Shown one piece after another: positions 24,529 to 31,349 of a stretch of 32,000 bases of DNA (positions are counted from its first letter, which is position 1; every line of letters begins with the position of its first letter). The notes under the pieces are model-generated. The model was not told where the DNA came from. It ran no database searches and saw only the letters and a list, made by a program, of their open reading frames with translations. The DNA is from Nanobdellota archaeon (GTDB lineage: Archaea; Nanobdellota; Nanobdellia; Tiddalikarchaeales; Tiddalikarchaeaceae). The position numbers were made by a program, and so were the translations under genes. The DNA lies in the NCBI GenBank assembly GCA_016931175.1, contig JAFGFH010000013.1:13486-45485 (forward strand). Direction: 5' to 3'.

Positions 24529-25521
24529 ATGGAGCAGCCAATAATTAGAGTTAAAGACTTAAGCAAGACTTTTAGAACCCATAAAAGGGGGGCAGGTTTT
24601 ATTAATTCATTAAAGAGTTTTATTAAAAGAGACGTTTTTGTTAAAAAAGCCGTTGACAGGATTAGTTTTGATATTAAAGAAGGCGAAAGGGTTGCGTTAA
24701 TAGGACAGAACGGTGCTGGAAAAAGCACAACAGTAAAAATGCTTACCGGTATTCTTAAACCAACAAATGGTGAAATCAGCGTCTTAAACCTCCACCCTTT
24801 CAAGGAGAGAACCAAGCTTAACAAGAATTACGGCGTTATCTTCGGGCAGAGGCATAACCTGTGGTGGGACGTGCCAGCAATTGACTCTTATTATTTGTTC
24901 AAGGCAATGTATGATATTAGGGATGATGATTTTGAGAAGCGCTTGAAGATAGTGCGTTCAAGCCTTGGAATTAAGGAATACTTGAACACGCCTGTCAGGA
25001 AATTATCATTAGGAGAGAGGATGCGCTGCGAGCTTGGATTAATATTCATGCACAATCCTAAGATAGTATTCCTTGACGAGCCTACGATAGGAGTTGACGT
25101 CGTCGGCAAGAAGAAGATAACCGAGTTCTTATTGAGAATTAACAAGAGATTCAACACAACAATACTATTAACGAGTCATGACATGAAAGACGTTGAAAAC
25201 ATATGCAAGAGGGCGATAATAATAGAAGGAGGAAAGATATTGTTTGATGATAAGATAGGATATTTAAAGAGGGATTATATTGACTCAAAAACTCTGCACT
25301 TAAAGTTTTCAAAACCATTAGATCAGAAAACCCTCTTCGGCAAGGATTTGGAAAGGATTGGAACCAGCAGGTACCAGATAATATTTGACAACAAAGAAGA
25401 TATTGGCAGGTTCTTAAAACAAGTATTGGATGATTCCAGCAAAGAAGTTCTCGACGTCAGCATTATAGAAGAAGACCTTAATGAGATTATAAGAAACATC
25501 TTCGAGGGCAAAAGGAAATGA
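24529..25521 (+). CDS. ABC transporter ATP-binding protein (COG4586-like)
   Basis: Walker A GQNGAGKSTT, signature LSLGERMR, Walker B VFLDEPTIGVD, H-loop TSHD. ATG 24529 (MEQPIIRVKDL) is preferred, because the ORF-track start 24493 would put the TATA box inside the CDS. Confidence 0.9.
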   Translation: MEQPIIRVKDLSKTFRTHKRGAGFINSLKSFIKRDVFVKKAVDRISFDIKEGERVALIGQNGAGKSTTVKMLTGILKPTNGEISVLNLHPFKERTKLNKNYGVIFGQRHNLWWDVPAIDSYYLFKAMYDIRDDDFEKRLKIVRSSLGIKEYLNTPVRKLSLGERMRCELGLIFMHNPKIVFLDEPTIGVDVVGKKKITEFLLRINKRFNTTILLTSHDMKDVENICKRAIIIEGGKILFDDKIGYLKRDYIDSKTLHLKFSKPLDQKTLFGKDLERIGTSRYQIIFDNKEDIGRFLKQVLDDSSKEVLDVSIIEEDLNEIIRNIFEGKRK

Positions 25522-26318
25522 ACCTAAGAGTTGTTTTTGAAACCTTTAAAATAGCATTAAAGGACAGGATGGCTTACAGGACTGATTTTATCGCAGACGT
25601 TCTAATAGGACCTTTAATCTTCTTAGTTGTGCAGTTCTTATGGACTAATATTTACACTTACAACAATATCACTGAAATTAACGGCTTCACGCTTAATGAC
25701 AGCATATCTTACCTTGCTGTTTCAACAATTGTAGGATACTTTGTCTGGACATGGGTTACTACTACTGTTGGAATGAAGATTAAGAGAGGTGATTTTGCAA
25801 GATATGTTATAATGCCGATTAACTTCTTAGATTATACTTTAGTTGAATTGTTCGGCAGGAAGGTGCCAAGCATGCTTATTAAAGCCCCGTTATTATTTTT
25901 ACTGTTAAAAATCTTCTTTAATGTTCACGTCGCGGACCTGCCTCATTTCATACTATTTATTGGAAGCATGGTATTCAGTTACTTATTATTCAACATATTC
26001 ATGTTCATAATGGGTTTGTTAACTTTCTGGCAGGAGAGTTTCTGGGTCTTTAACATGCTCGGTTCTGCAATAATAGAATTCTTTTCAGGATGGCTTTTGC
26101 CAATAGACTTTTACCCCTCTTTTATGAAGCCAATAATTGAAATACTGCCTTTCAGGCATATTTATTATTCTCCTATAATGATATTTTTGGAGAAGTACAG
26201 TATTAGTTCTTCAATTCAAGTATTAGTATCCCAATTTTTTTCAGTAATAATATTATACTTGCTGGCGAGGTTAATACTAAGACTTGGCAGGGCCAAGTTT
26301 ACAAGTCAGGGGGGTTAA
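25518..26318 (+). CDS. ABC-2 type permease subunit (COG4587-like)
   Basis: ATGA overlap with the ATPase stop. N-terminus LKDRMAYRTDFIADVL, then about 6 TM helices. Family call by pattern only. Confidence 0.7.
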   Translation: MNLRVVFETFKIALKDRMAYRTDFIADVLIGPLIFLVVQFLWTNIYTYNNITEINGFTLNDSISYLAVSTIVGYFVWTWVTTTVGMKIKRGDFARYVIMPINFLDYTLVELFGRKVPSMLIKAPLLFLLLKIFFNVHVADLPHFILFIGSMVFSYLLFNIFMFIMGLLTFWQESFWVFNMLGSAIIEFFSGWLLPIDFYPSFMKPIIEILPFRHIYYSPIMIFLEKYSISSSIQVLVSQFFSVIILYLLARLILRLGRAKFTSQGG

Positions 26319-26321
26319 AAT

Positions 26322-27101
26322 ATGGGCTTATTTTCATACATTAAAGAAAAAACGTTAATTAACTTATCCTCGCACGCTGAGTACAGATTCTCAACCATTG
26401 CAGTAATACTGATAAGCATAATCTTTGGTTTCACTACTGTCTTCATAACATACAGCGTTTACTCAATAACTGAAAAAGGAGTTCCTGAATGGAGTTTTTA
26501 TGAGATAACCTTCATGATAGGAATTTACCAGTTAATAATGGGTTTATACCATTTAACATTTGATATTGAGGAATTATCCTTTGACGTTAAGGAAGGGACA
26601 TTAGACCAGAAACTGGTTTCGCCTTTGAACGTAATACTTCAATACTATAATTTTAATATAGAATCATTCAGCAGTATAATCGCTGCAGTAGTAATGTTCA
26701 TAATAGCAATACCTAATATATCCTTAAATCTTTCAATAAGTTACTTAGTCTTCTTTGTTATATTATTAGTGATAAGTCTTTTGTCAATCTTTTCAATAAA
26801 ATTATTAACAAGCAGCACTGCTTTTTTCATAACAGAGAACCATTCAATAGTTGAGAATCTTAATAATATAAGGAGCAGGTTTTCAAACTGGCCCATGAAT
26901 ATTTACCCTAAAGGACTGCAGTTATTATTTGCTACAGTATTCCCAATAGCATTTATTTGTTTTGTTCCAGCCAGTTTTATATTGGGCAAGGATGTATCAT
27001 TTTACTTCTGGATTTCGCCAATAGCAGTAATACTATTCACCTTAGTATCTGTTAAGTTCTTTAATTACGGCTTGGGCAAGTACTCTGGCACAGGCTCTTG
27101 A
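26322..27101 (+). CDS. ABC-2 type permease subunit (COG3694-like)
   Basis: Starts 3 nt after the previous stop. HAEYRFSTIAVIL, then about 6 TM helices. Typical third gene of this transporter trio. Confidence 0.65.
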   Translation: MGLFSYIKEKTLINLSSHAEYRFSTIAVILISIIFGFTTVFITYSVYSITEKGVPEWSFYEITFMIGIYQLIMGLYHLTFDIEELSFDVKEGTLDQKLVSPLNVILQYYNFNIESFSSIIAAVVMFIIAIPNISLNLSISYLVFFVILLVISLLSIFSIKLLTSSTAFFITENHSIVENLNNIRSRFSNWPMNIYPKGLQLLFATVFPIAFICFVPASFILGKDVSFYFWISPIAVILFTLVSVKFFNYGLGKYSGTGS

Positions 27102-27103
27102 AG

Positions 27104-27112
27104 AAAAAAAAA
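27104..27112 (-). terminator. Oligo-T (T9 on minus strand) terminator of the L7Ae operon
   Basis: The A9 run on the plus strand begins 10 nt beyond the stop (27122-27124) of the last minus-strand gene. Archaeal termination uses oligo-T tracts. Confidence 0.4.
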
Positions 27113-27121
27113 GCAAGATAA

Positions 27122-27352
27122 TTATTGTTTTATTACTTCAACGTCGAAACCTTCAGGCTTGGCTCTTTCTTCAATAATCTTTGTTATCTTCTTCAAGTCT
27201 GCTTCGTTCATGTCTACCATGAAGCTTATCTCTGTAGCAGCGCCTCCCTGAGGAACTACGCTGAACTCTTCAAAGATTTGCAATAAAGTCTTCTCTAACT
27301 TCTTAACCTTAGTGTTGGTCTCTTCCTTTGATAATACAATCATTGCTTCCAT
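27122..27352 (-). CDS. Hypothetical acidic 76-aa protein, last gene of the L7Ae operon
   Basis: ATG start 17 nt after the methyltransferase stop, followed by a T9 terminator. No Cys, no TM segment, no family recognised. Confidence 0.5.
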   Translation of the reverse strand: MEAMIVLSKEETNTKVKKLEKTLLQIFEEFSVVPQGGAATEISFMVDMNEADLKKITKIIEERAKPEGFDVEVIKQ

Positions 27353-27369
27353 GATTAATACAAAAAGCG

Positions 27370-27921
27370 TTATCGTTTTTTAAGCCTTATGTAAGTCTTC
27401 GCTTTATTCCCAGTTCCGATAACAAACGCTTCAGTATGGAATAGTTTCCTTGCAATCTTAATAAAGTGTTCAAACTCGGCGCTGTTCTTAGGGTAGAATT
27501 GAATAATTGCCGAATCTTTTACTACTCTGTGAATCTCCCTTAACACATCCTCGTACTCTCTTGGCTTAACCCATTGTATCGTGCTTATGGAGATTAAGTA
27601 ATCAAACTCTTCATCTTTGAAATGCAAACTCCTAATATCACATAATACTGTTCTTAACCCTTTCTTCTTAGCGTAATCAAGCATGTGTTCGTTAACGTCG
27701 CACCCAGTTACATTAAAACCCTTTTCTTTTAACACAATTGTTGAGAATCCAGTGCCGCAGCCTAAGTCTAAAACTCTGCTTTCAGGCTTGAAGCACGCTA
27801 TGCTTAAAGCGTCAAGAGTCATTCTTGACTGTATTCTTTTGAAAGCACCGCTTAACTCGTACAATCTCGCCTGTTCTTTATTGTAATAATCAGTTGGGGA
27901 GTCGCCGAGTACGTCGCTCAT
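27370..27921 (-). CDS. Class I SAM-dependent methyltransferase, Bud23/WBSCR22-like (small-subunit rRNA m7G type)
   Basis: YYNKEQARLYE...RIQSRMTLDAL, motif I VLDLGCGTGFS, ISISTIQWV, IQFYPKNSAEFEHF...KAKTYIRL. These are collinear with the Bud23/WBSCR22 blocks as I recall them. ATGA overlap with the L24e stop. Confidence 0.7.
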   Translation of the reverse strand: MSDVLGDSPTDYYNKEQARLYELSGAFKRIQSRMTLDALSIACFKPESRVLDLGCGTGFSTIVLKEKGFNVTGCDVNEHMLDYAKKKGLRTVLCDIRSLHFKDEEFDYLISISTIQWVKPREYEDVLREIHRVVKDSAIIQFYPKNSAEFEHFIKIARKLFHTEAFVIGTGNKAKTYIRLKKR

Positions 27922-28085
27922 TCTTCAACTTTTCTTGACCACTTCTTCTTCTGAGGGTTTCTTTTAAGTTTAAGCATGTTCTTCTCGCATTTTGAAGAAC
28001 AAAAGTCAAGAACCTTGCCTTCTTTTTTCACCAAGCGCGTACCTTTTCCTTTCTCAACGGTTTTTTTGCAAAAAACGCATTTCAT
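27918..28085 (-). CDS. rpl24e: Ribosomal protein eL24 (L24e), 55 aa; missed by the ORF track's 60-aa cutoff
   Basis: Hand translation: [55 protein letters not shown], with the C-x2-C ... FCSSKC ... R.P.K..W pattern. ATGA overlaps at both ends (28082-28085 and 27918-27921). Confidence 0.85.
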   Translation of the reverse strand: MKCVFCKKTVEKGKGTRLVKKEGKVLDFCSSKCEKNMLKLKRNPQKKKWSRKVEE

Positions 28086-28336
28086 TTCTTGCCACCCCTG
28101 CCGCCGCCTAAAGGTGCTGCCTCCATTTCAGTTTCAAGCATCATAAGAACGTCTCCTACCTTAACAGGTCCTTTAACGTTTCTTCTGATTATCTTATCCT
28201 TGTCTCTTCCAGTAAGAATCTTAACTCTTACCTGCGTGGCTTCTCCTCGCACACCAGTTCTTCCGATTAGTTCAACTACTCTTCCCTGGTATCTCTCTTC
28301 GGATACATACTCTGTTTTCTTCTCTTCTTTAGCCAC
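28082..28336 (-). CDS. rps28e: Ribosomal protein eS28 (S28e)
   Basis: [24 protein letters not shown]...[25 protein letters not shown]. Confidence 0.9.
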   Translation of the reverse strand: MAKEEKKTEYVSEERYQGRVVELIGRTGVRGEATQVRVKILTGRDKDKIIRRNVKGPVKVGDVLMMLETEMEAAPLGGGRGGKK

Positions 28337-28342
28337 TTTTTA

Positions 28343-28708
28343 TCACTTCTTGCTTGGTTTTATCTTTTCTTTCAAAGCTTTAAGGTTGTTCTTTCCCTCA
28401 CCAGCTTCGATTATTGCAGCTGCTGAGCACCCAACCTTTACACCTATTACTGAACCAACACTTTTCTTGTCCTTAATAAAAGCGTAAGGTATTCCCTTCT
28501 CTTCGCTTAAAGGAGCCAAGTGCATTACAATCTCAGGAGGGTTAACGTCTCCAGCTATGATAACGAACTTAGCAGTTCCTCTCTCTATTGCTTTCGTAAC
28601 CTCGTTAGTTCCCTTCTTTATCTTTCCTGTGCTTCTCGCAACGTTGAAGAGTTCCAGAACACTCTGTTGTATATCATCTGGCAACTCTTGCGTAACATAT
28701 CCTGCCAT
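28343..28708 (-). CDS. rpl7ae: Ribosomal protein eL8/L7Ae (K-turn binding)
   Basis: KKGTNEVTKAIERGTAKFVIIAGDVNPPEIVMHLAPLSEEKGIPYAFIKDKKSVG. The ORF-track start at 28711 is a TTG, so ATG 28708 (MAGYVTQ) is preferred. Confidence 0.95.
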   Translation of the reverse strand: MAGYVTQELPDDIQQSVLELFNVARSTGKIKKGTNEVTKAIERGTAKFVIIAGDVNPPEIVMHLAPLSEEKGIPYAFIKDKKSVGSVIGVKVGCSAAAIIEAGEGKNNLKALKEKIKPSKK

Positions 28709-28801
28709 CAATAAACCACCTCACTATTTGATGTTATTAACTAATTATACTCTAATGTGTTTAAAAAGGTTTTTATTTTATTGTTTAATCCAATATTATT
28801 C

Positions 28802-29167
28802 ATGGATGTGTCAATCTTTTTTGCAAGATTCCTCGGAGCGTTCTACTTAATCTTCGGGCTCTTATTCGTTGTCACGAAGTATTTAGGAAAACTCATTGAG
28901 AAGACCAATGATAAGTGGTTTACTGTAGCAACAGGTTATAACACTTTACTTCTGGGTTTAGCTACTGTAGTATTGCATAACATCTGGGTCTGGGACTGGA
29001 GAGTAGTAATAACACTAATAGGGTGGTCTACTTTAATCAAAGGAGTTATGAAGATAGGATTTCCTGAAGTAATCAATAAGCAGGCGCAAGTGTTCAAAAA
29101 CAAGCAGACGCTAAGCACAGTAATAATGGCAGCCTTGGGTGCTTGGCTGATATGGGTTAGCTTATGA
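28802..29167 (+). CDS. Small 4-TM membrane protein, family unknown
   Basis: Hydrophobic segments FFARFLGAFYLIFGLLFVV, TLLLGLATVVL, VVITLIGWSTLI, TVIMAALGAWLIWV. ATG 28802 sits about 27 nt after the A/T box at 28770-28780; the alternative is GTG 28757. ATGA overlap with the CYTH gene. Confidence 0.55.
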   Translation: MDVSIFFARFLGAFYLIFGLLFVVTKYLGKLIEKTNDKWFTVATGYNTLLLGLATVVLHNIWVWDWRVVITLIGWSTLIKGVMKIGFPEVINKQAQVFKNKQTLSTVIMAALGAWLIWVSL

Positions 29168-29688
29168 AAGAGGTAGAGCTGCGCAGTTTTGTATCTGAAG
29201 AAAAGTATGAAAAACTCAAGTCCTTCTTTGACAATAACGCGGAATTCGTAAAAGAAGACGAGCAGGAGACTCATTACTTTAACTGCGAGCAGGATTTGAG
29301 AATACAATGCAATAATTACTATTCTAAGATTTGGATGAAGAAGGGAGAACTGCATGATGATTCCAGGGAAGAGATAGAACTCAACTTTGATAAGAGTCAA
29401 TTCCCTGAACTGCAGAAACTATTCAAAGCATTAAACTATGAGGTTAGTATTAAGTGGTTCAGGAACAGAAGAGAGTATAAGTGGAAAAATGTCAGCGTCA
29501 TGCTTGACTATACCAAAGGTTACGGTTATATATTAGAGTTAGAGATACTCACAGAAGATGATGAATCAAAGGCTTTGAACAGACTTAAAACCTTGTTCAA
29601 AGAATTAAGTATTGAAGTTACTCCAAAGGAAGTGTTCAAAGAAAAGTATGAAGAGTATAAGAAGAATTGGATGAATCCTAATTATTAG
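29164..29688 (+). CDS. CYTH-domain protein (triphosphate tunnel metalloenzyme / class IV adenylate cyclase family)
   Basis: N-terminal KEVELRSF (ExExK-like), QETHYF...DLRIQ, KKGELHDDSREEIELNF, RNRREYKWKNVSVMLDYTKGYGYILELEI. Confidence 0.7.
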   Translation: MKEVELRSFVSEEKYEKLKSFFDNNAEFVKEDEQETHYFNCEQDLRIQCNNYYSKIWMKKGELHDDSREEIELNFDKSQFPELQKLFKALNYEVSIKWFRNRREYKWKNVSVMLDYTKGYGYILELEILTEDDESKALNRLKTLFKELSIEVTPKEVFKEKYEEYKKNWMNPNY

Positions 29689-29896
29689 TAATCATCCAAT
29701 ACTTAATGCTAGACTCTAATCCAACTCTTATTCTTAACTCATAATTCTCTTCAGCACTTAAACTCTTATCATCAATTATCTCTGCCTTGACTAATCTCTC
29801 ATAGTAAGGAAGGGATAATGCTTGCAGTGCTTGATTATCCCCTTTCTTTAACAGCTTAATTGCTTGCGTTGTGGTTAACACTTCAACCAAACTCAT
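29678..29896 (-). CDS. Orphan 72-aa protein (second gene of coupled pair)
   Basis: ATGA overlap with the upstream small ORF. Helical-looking sequence, no family recognised. The 3' end overlaps the convergent CYTH gene by 11 nt. Confidence 0.4.
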   Translation of the reverse strand: MSLVEVLTTTQAIKLLKKGDNQALQALSLPYYERLVKAEIIDDKSLSAEENYELRIRVGLESSIKYWMITNN

Positions 29897-30114
29897 GCCA
29901 GTATCACCTCCATATTTTTTAGTTCAACCGTTCCTTTCGGCGTCATGAAACCCCACTTGTACAACTTCTTCTTAGTGTTTACTACGTAGAGTTCGCAAAA
30001 GGAACCATTGCATCTCATCTGATACGCGTTGTTTGCAATCATTACTGAATCCAACCCTTGAAGCATTCTTGGATCAAATCTTCCCTCATCAATTGCGTAA
30101 ATTCCATGTATCAT
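29893..30114 (-). CDS. Orphan 73-aa protein (first gene of coupled pair)
   Basis: ATG start with A/T-rich boxes 30-40 nt upstream. Beta-rich-looking sequence with two Cys. No family recognised. Confidence 0.4.
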   Translation of the reverse strand: MIHGIYAIDEGRFDPRMLQGLDSVMIANNAYQMRCNGSFCELYVVNTKKKLYKWGFMTPKGTVELKNMEVILA

Positions 30115-30233
30115 TTTTTAATCACCAAGAATATCTTGCAGGAATTATACTTATAAACTCTTATTCGAGAATATTGATTATTTTCAGAAATAATTACTAT
30201 AAAAACATTAAATTGTGAGAAATTTTACCAAAC

Positions 30234-30611
30234 TTATTCTTTTACTAAGATTCCTTGAATTTGGCCTTCCTGTCCCGGCCTGTTGGTTACTTTAACCGGG
30301 CCTTTATCAGTCTCTATAACTGCTCCCTTGGTTATAACGTTCATACGCACGAAGTGCCTGTTTGCTGGATTCTTGACAACGCGAACTATCTTGCCAGTAA
30401 TCTTCTTCTTGCCTTGCAGTATTGTTACTTCAGCTGCTTGTATTATCCTGTTCTTGTAATTGCCTCCAAGAGTCCTGACTGCTTTAATCTTCTTCTCACC
30501 AATCTTTGTAAGGCTTGCAGGTCTTCCAAGTTCTTTCTTCCTCTTGCCTCTGTCAGTCTGGTACTTTTTTCCAGTTTCTTGCTTCTCACTTCTTCGCTGA
30601 CTAATCGCCAT
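30234..30611 (-). CDS. rps8e: Ribosomal protein eS8 (S8e)
   Basis: RRSEKQETGKKYQTDRGKRKKELGRPASLTKIG...VRTLGGNYKNR. Confidence 0.9.
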   Translation of the reverse strand: MAISQRRSEKQETGKKYQTDRGKRKKELGRPASLTKIGEKKIKAVRTLGGNYKNRIIQAAEVTILQGKKKITGKIVRVVKNPANRHFVRMNVITKGAVIETDKGPVKVTNRPGQEGQIQGILVKE

Positions 30612-30633
30612 ACTTGTATGAAAACTTATATTA

Positions 30634-30642
30634 TTTTAAAAA
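30634..30642 (-). promoter_or_regulatory. TATA box TTTTAAAAA for rps8e
   Basis: Its centre at 30638 is 27 nt upstream of complement ATG 30611. Confidence 0.4.
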
Positions 30643-30667
30643 CCTTTCTAAACCGTTGATGAAAAAG

Positions 30668-30676
30668 TTTTTAAAG
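30668..30676 (+). promoter_or_regulatory. TATA box TTTTTAAAG for the LSm-L37e operon
   Basis: Its centre at 30672 is 28 nt upstream of ATG 30700. Confidence 0.4.
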
Positions 30677-30699
30677 ATTAGAGACTGTTTAAGTGAATT

Positions 30700-30930
30700 A
30701 TGGAAATAACAAAACCGCTTGATGCGTTAAACATGGCAAAGAATACTAAAGTTCTTGCTGAGTTAAAGAATGGTTCACAATTTGTTGGGACACTAAGAGC
30801 TTTTGACATCCATTTGAATATCGTGTTTGACGACGCTCAAGAGATAATCGATGGAGAGATTAAAAGAAATCTTGGAAGAATCCTTCTGAGAGGAGATACT
30901 GTTTTGCTCTTGTCTCCGCAAAAAAAGTAA
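30700..30930 (+). CDS. Archaeal Sm-like (LSm/SmAP) protein
   Basis: Sm1/Sm2 pattern: VLAELKNGSQFVGTLRAFDIHLNIVFDDAQE ... GRILLRGDTVLLLSP. The conserved pairing with L37e follows directly. Confidence 0.9.
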   Translation: MEITKPLDALNMAKNTKVLAELKNGSQFVGTLRAFDIHLNIVFDDAQEIIDGEIKRNLGRILLRGDTVLLLSPQKK

Positions 30931-30958
30931 GGGAACAATTCTAACAGGTTGATTAAGT

Positions 30959-31147
30959 ATGGTAAAAGGAACGCCCAGTATGGGTAAAAAGGCAAAGGGA
31001 GGAACCCACATACGCTGTCGTAGGTGCGGCCAGCACTCTTTTCACGAGAAGAAAGGAGAGTGCAGCCATTGCGGTTTCGGAAAATCACCCAAGCTCAGGA
31101 ATTACAAGTTTACAGACAAAGCAGTTAACAAGAAGAGAAGACAATAA
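30959..31147 (+). CDS. rpl37e: Ribosomal protein eL37 (L37e)
   Basis: [37 protein letters not shown], a C4 zinc ribbon. Confidence 0.9.
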   Translation: MVKGTPSMGKKAKGGTHIRCRRCGQHSFHEKKGECSHCGFGKSPKLRNYKFTDKAVNKKRRQ

Positions 31148-31161
31148 TTCTAATTAGTAAG

Positions 31162-31171
31162 TTTTAAAAAA
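31162..31171 (+). promoter_or_regulatory. TATA box TTTTAAAAAA upstream of tRNA-Lys
   Basis: Its centre is about 31 nt upstream of tRNA position 1 (31198). Confidence 0.4.
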
Positions 31172-31197
31172 CCTAAAACTCCAAATTAAATAATACT

Positions 31198-31271
31198 GGG
31201 TCCGTAGCTTAGTTTGGTAGAGCATCTGCCTCTTAAGCAGAGGGTCGGGGGTTCAAATCCCCTCGGGCTCA
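31198..31271 (+). tRNA. tRNA-Lys (anticodon CUU), no intron, CCA not encoded
   Basis: Hand-folded cloverleaf. Acceptor GGGTCCG/CGGGCTC has 7 bp including 2 G-U; D stem GCTT/GAGC; anticodon stem TCTGC/GCAGA. The loop is CT-CTT-AA with the anticodon at 31232-31234. T arm GGGGG-TTCAAAT-CCCCT, discriminator A. A T5 run at 31288-31292 follows. Confidence 0.9.
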
Positions 31272-31349
31272 CTTCCTCATCCCTCACTTTTTAACAAAGT
31301 TTCAAGCGAGAAAGTAACGAATTTCTTAAAAGAACAGTGGCTTAAACCA

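Noticed and set aside
27122-27352. 76-aa acidic protein considered as aEF-1beta or Pcc1
   Set aside because: It lacks the AFGL-type core of aEF-1beta and the Pcc1 pattern as I recall them. It is left as hypothetical.
28089-28487. 132-aa plus-strand ORF. The same applies to antisense ORFs at 28936..29400, 15595..16071, 6631..6999, 8844..9224, 24444..24824, 626..931 and the other short antisense ORFs in the track.
   Set aside because: Each lies wholly antisense to a gene with a strong family signature (S28e/L7Ae, GpsA, MCM, aIF5B and others). Each translates to low-complexity S/L/F/P-rich sequence, typical of the reverse strand of AT-rich coding DNA. None has a start context or TATA box.
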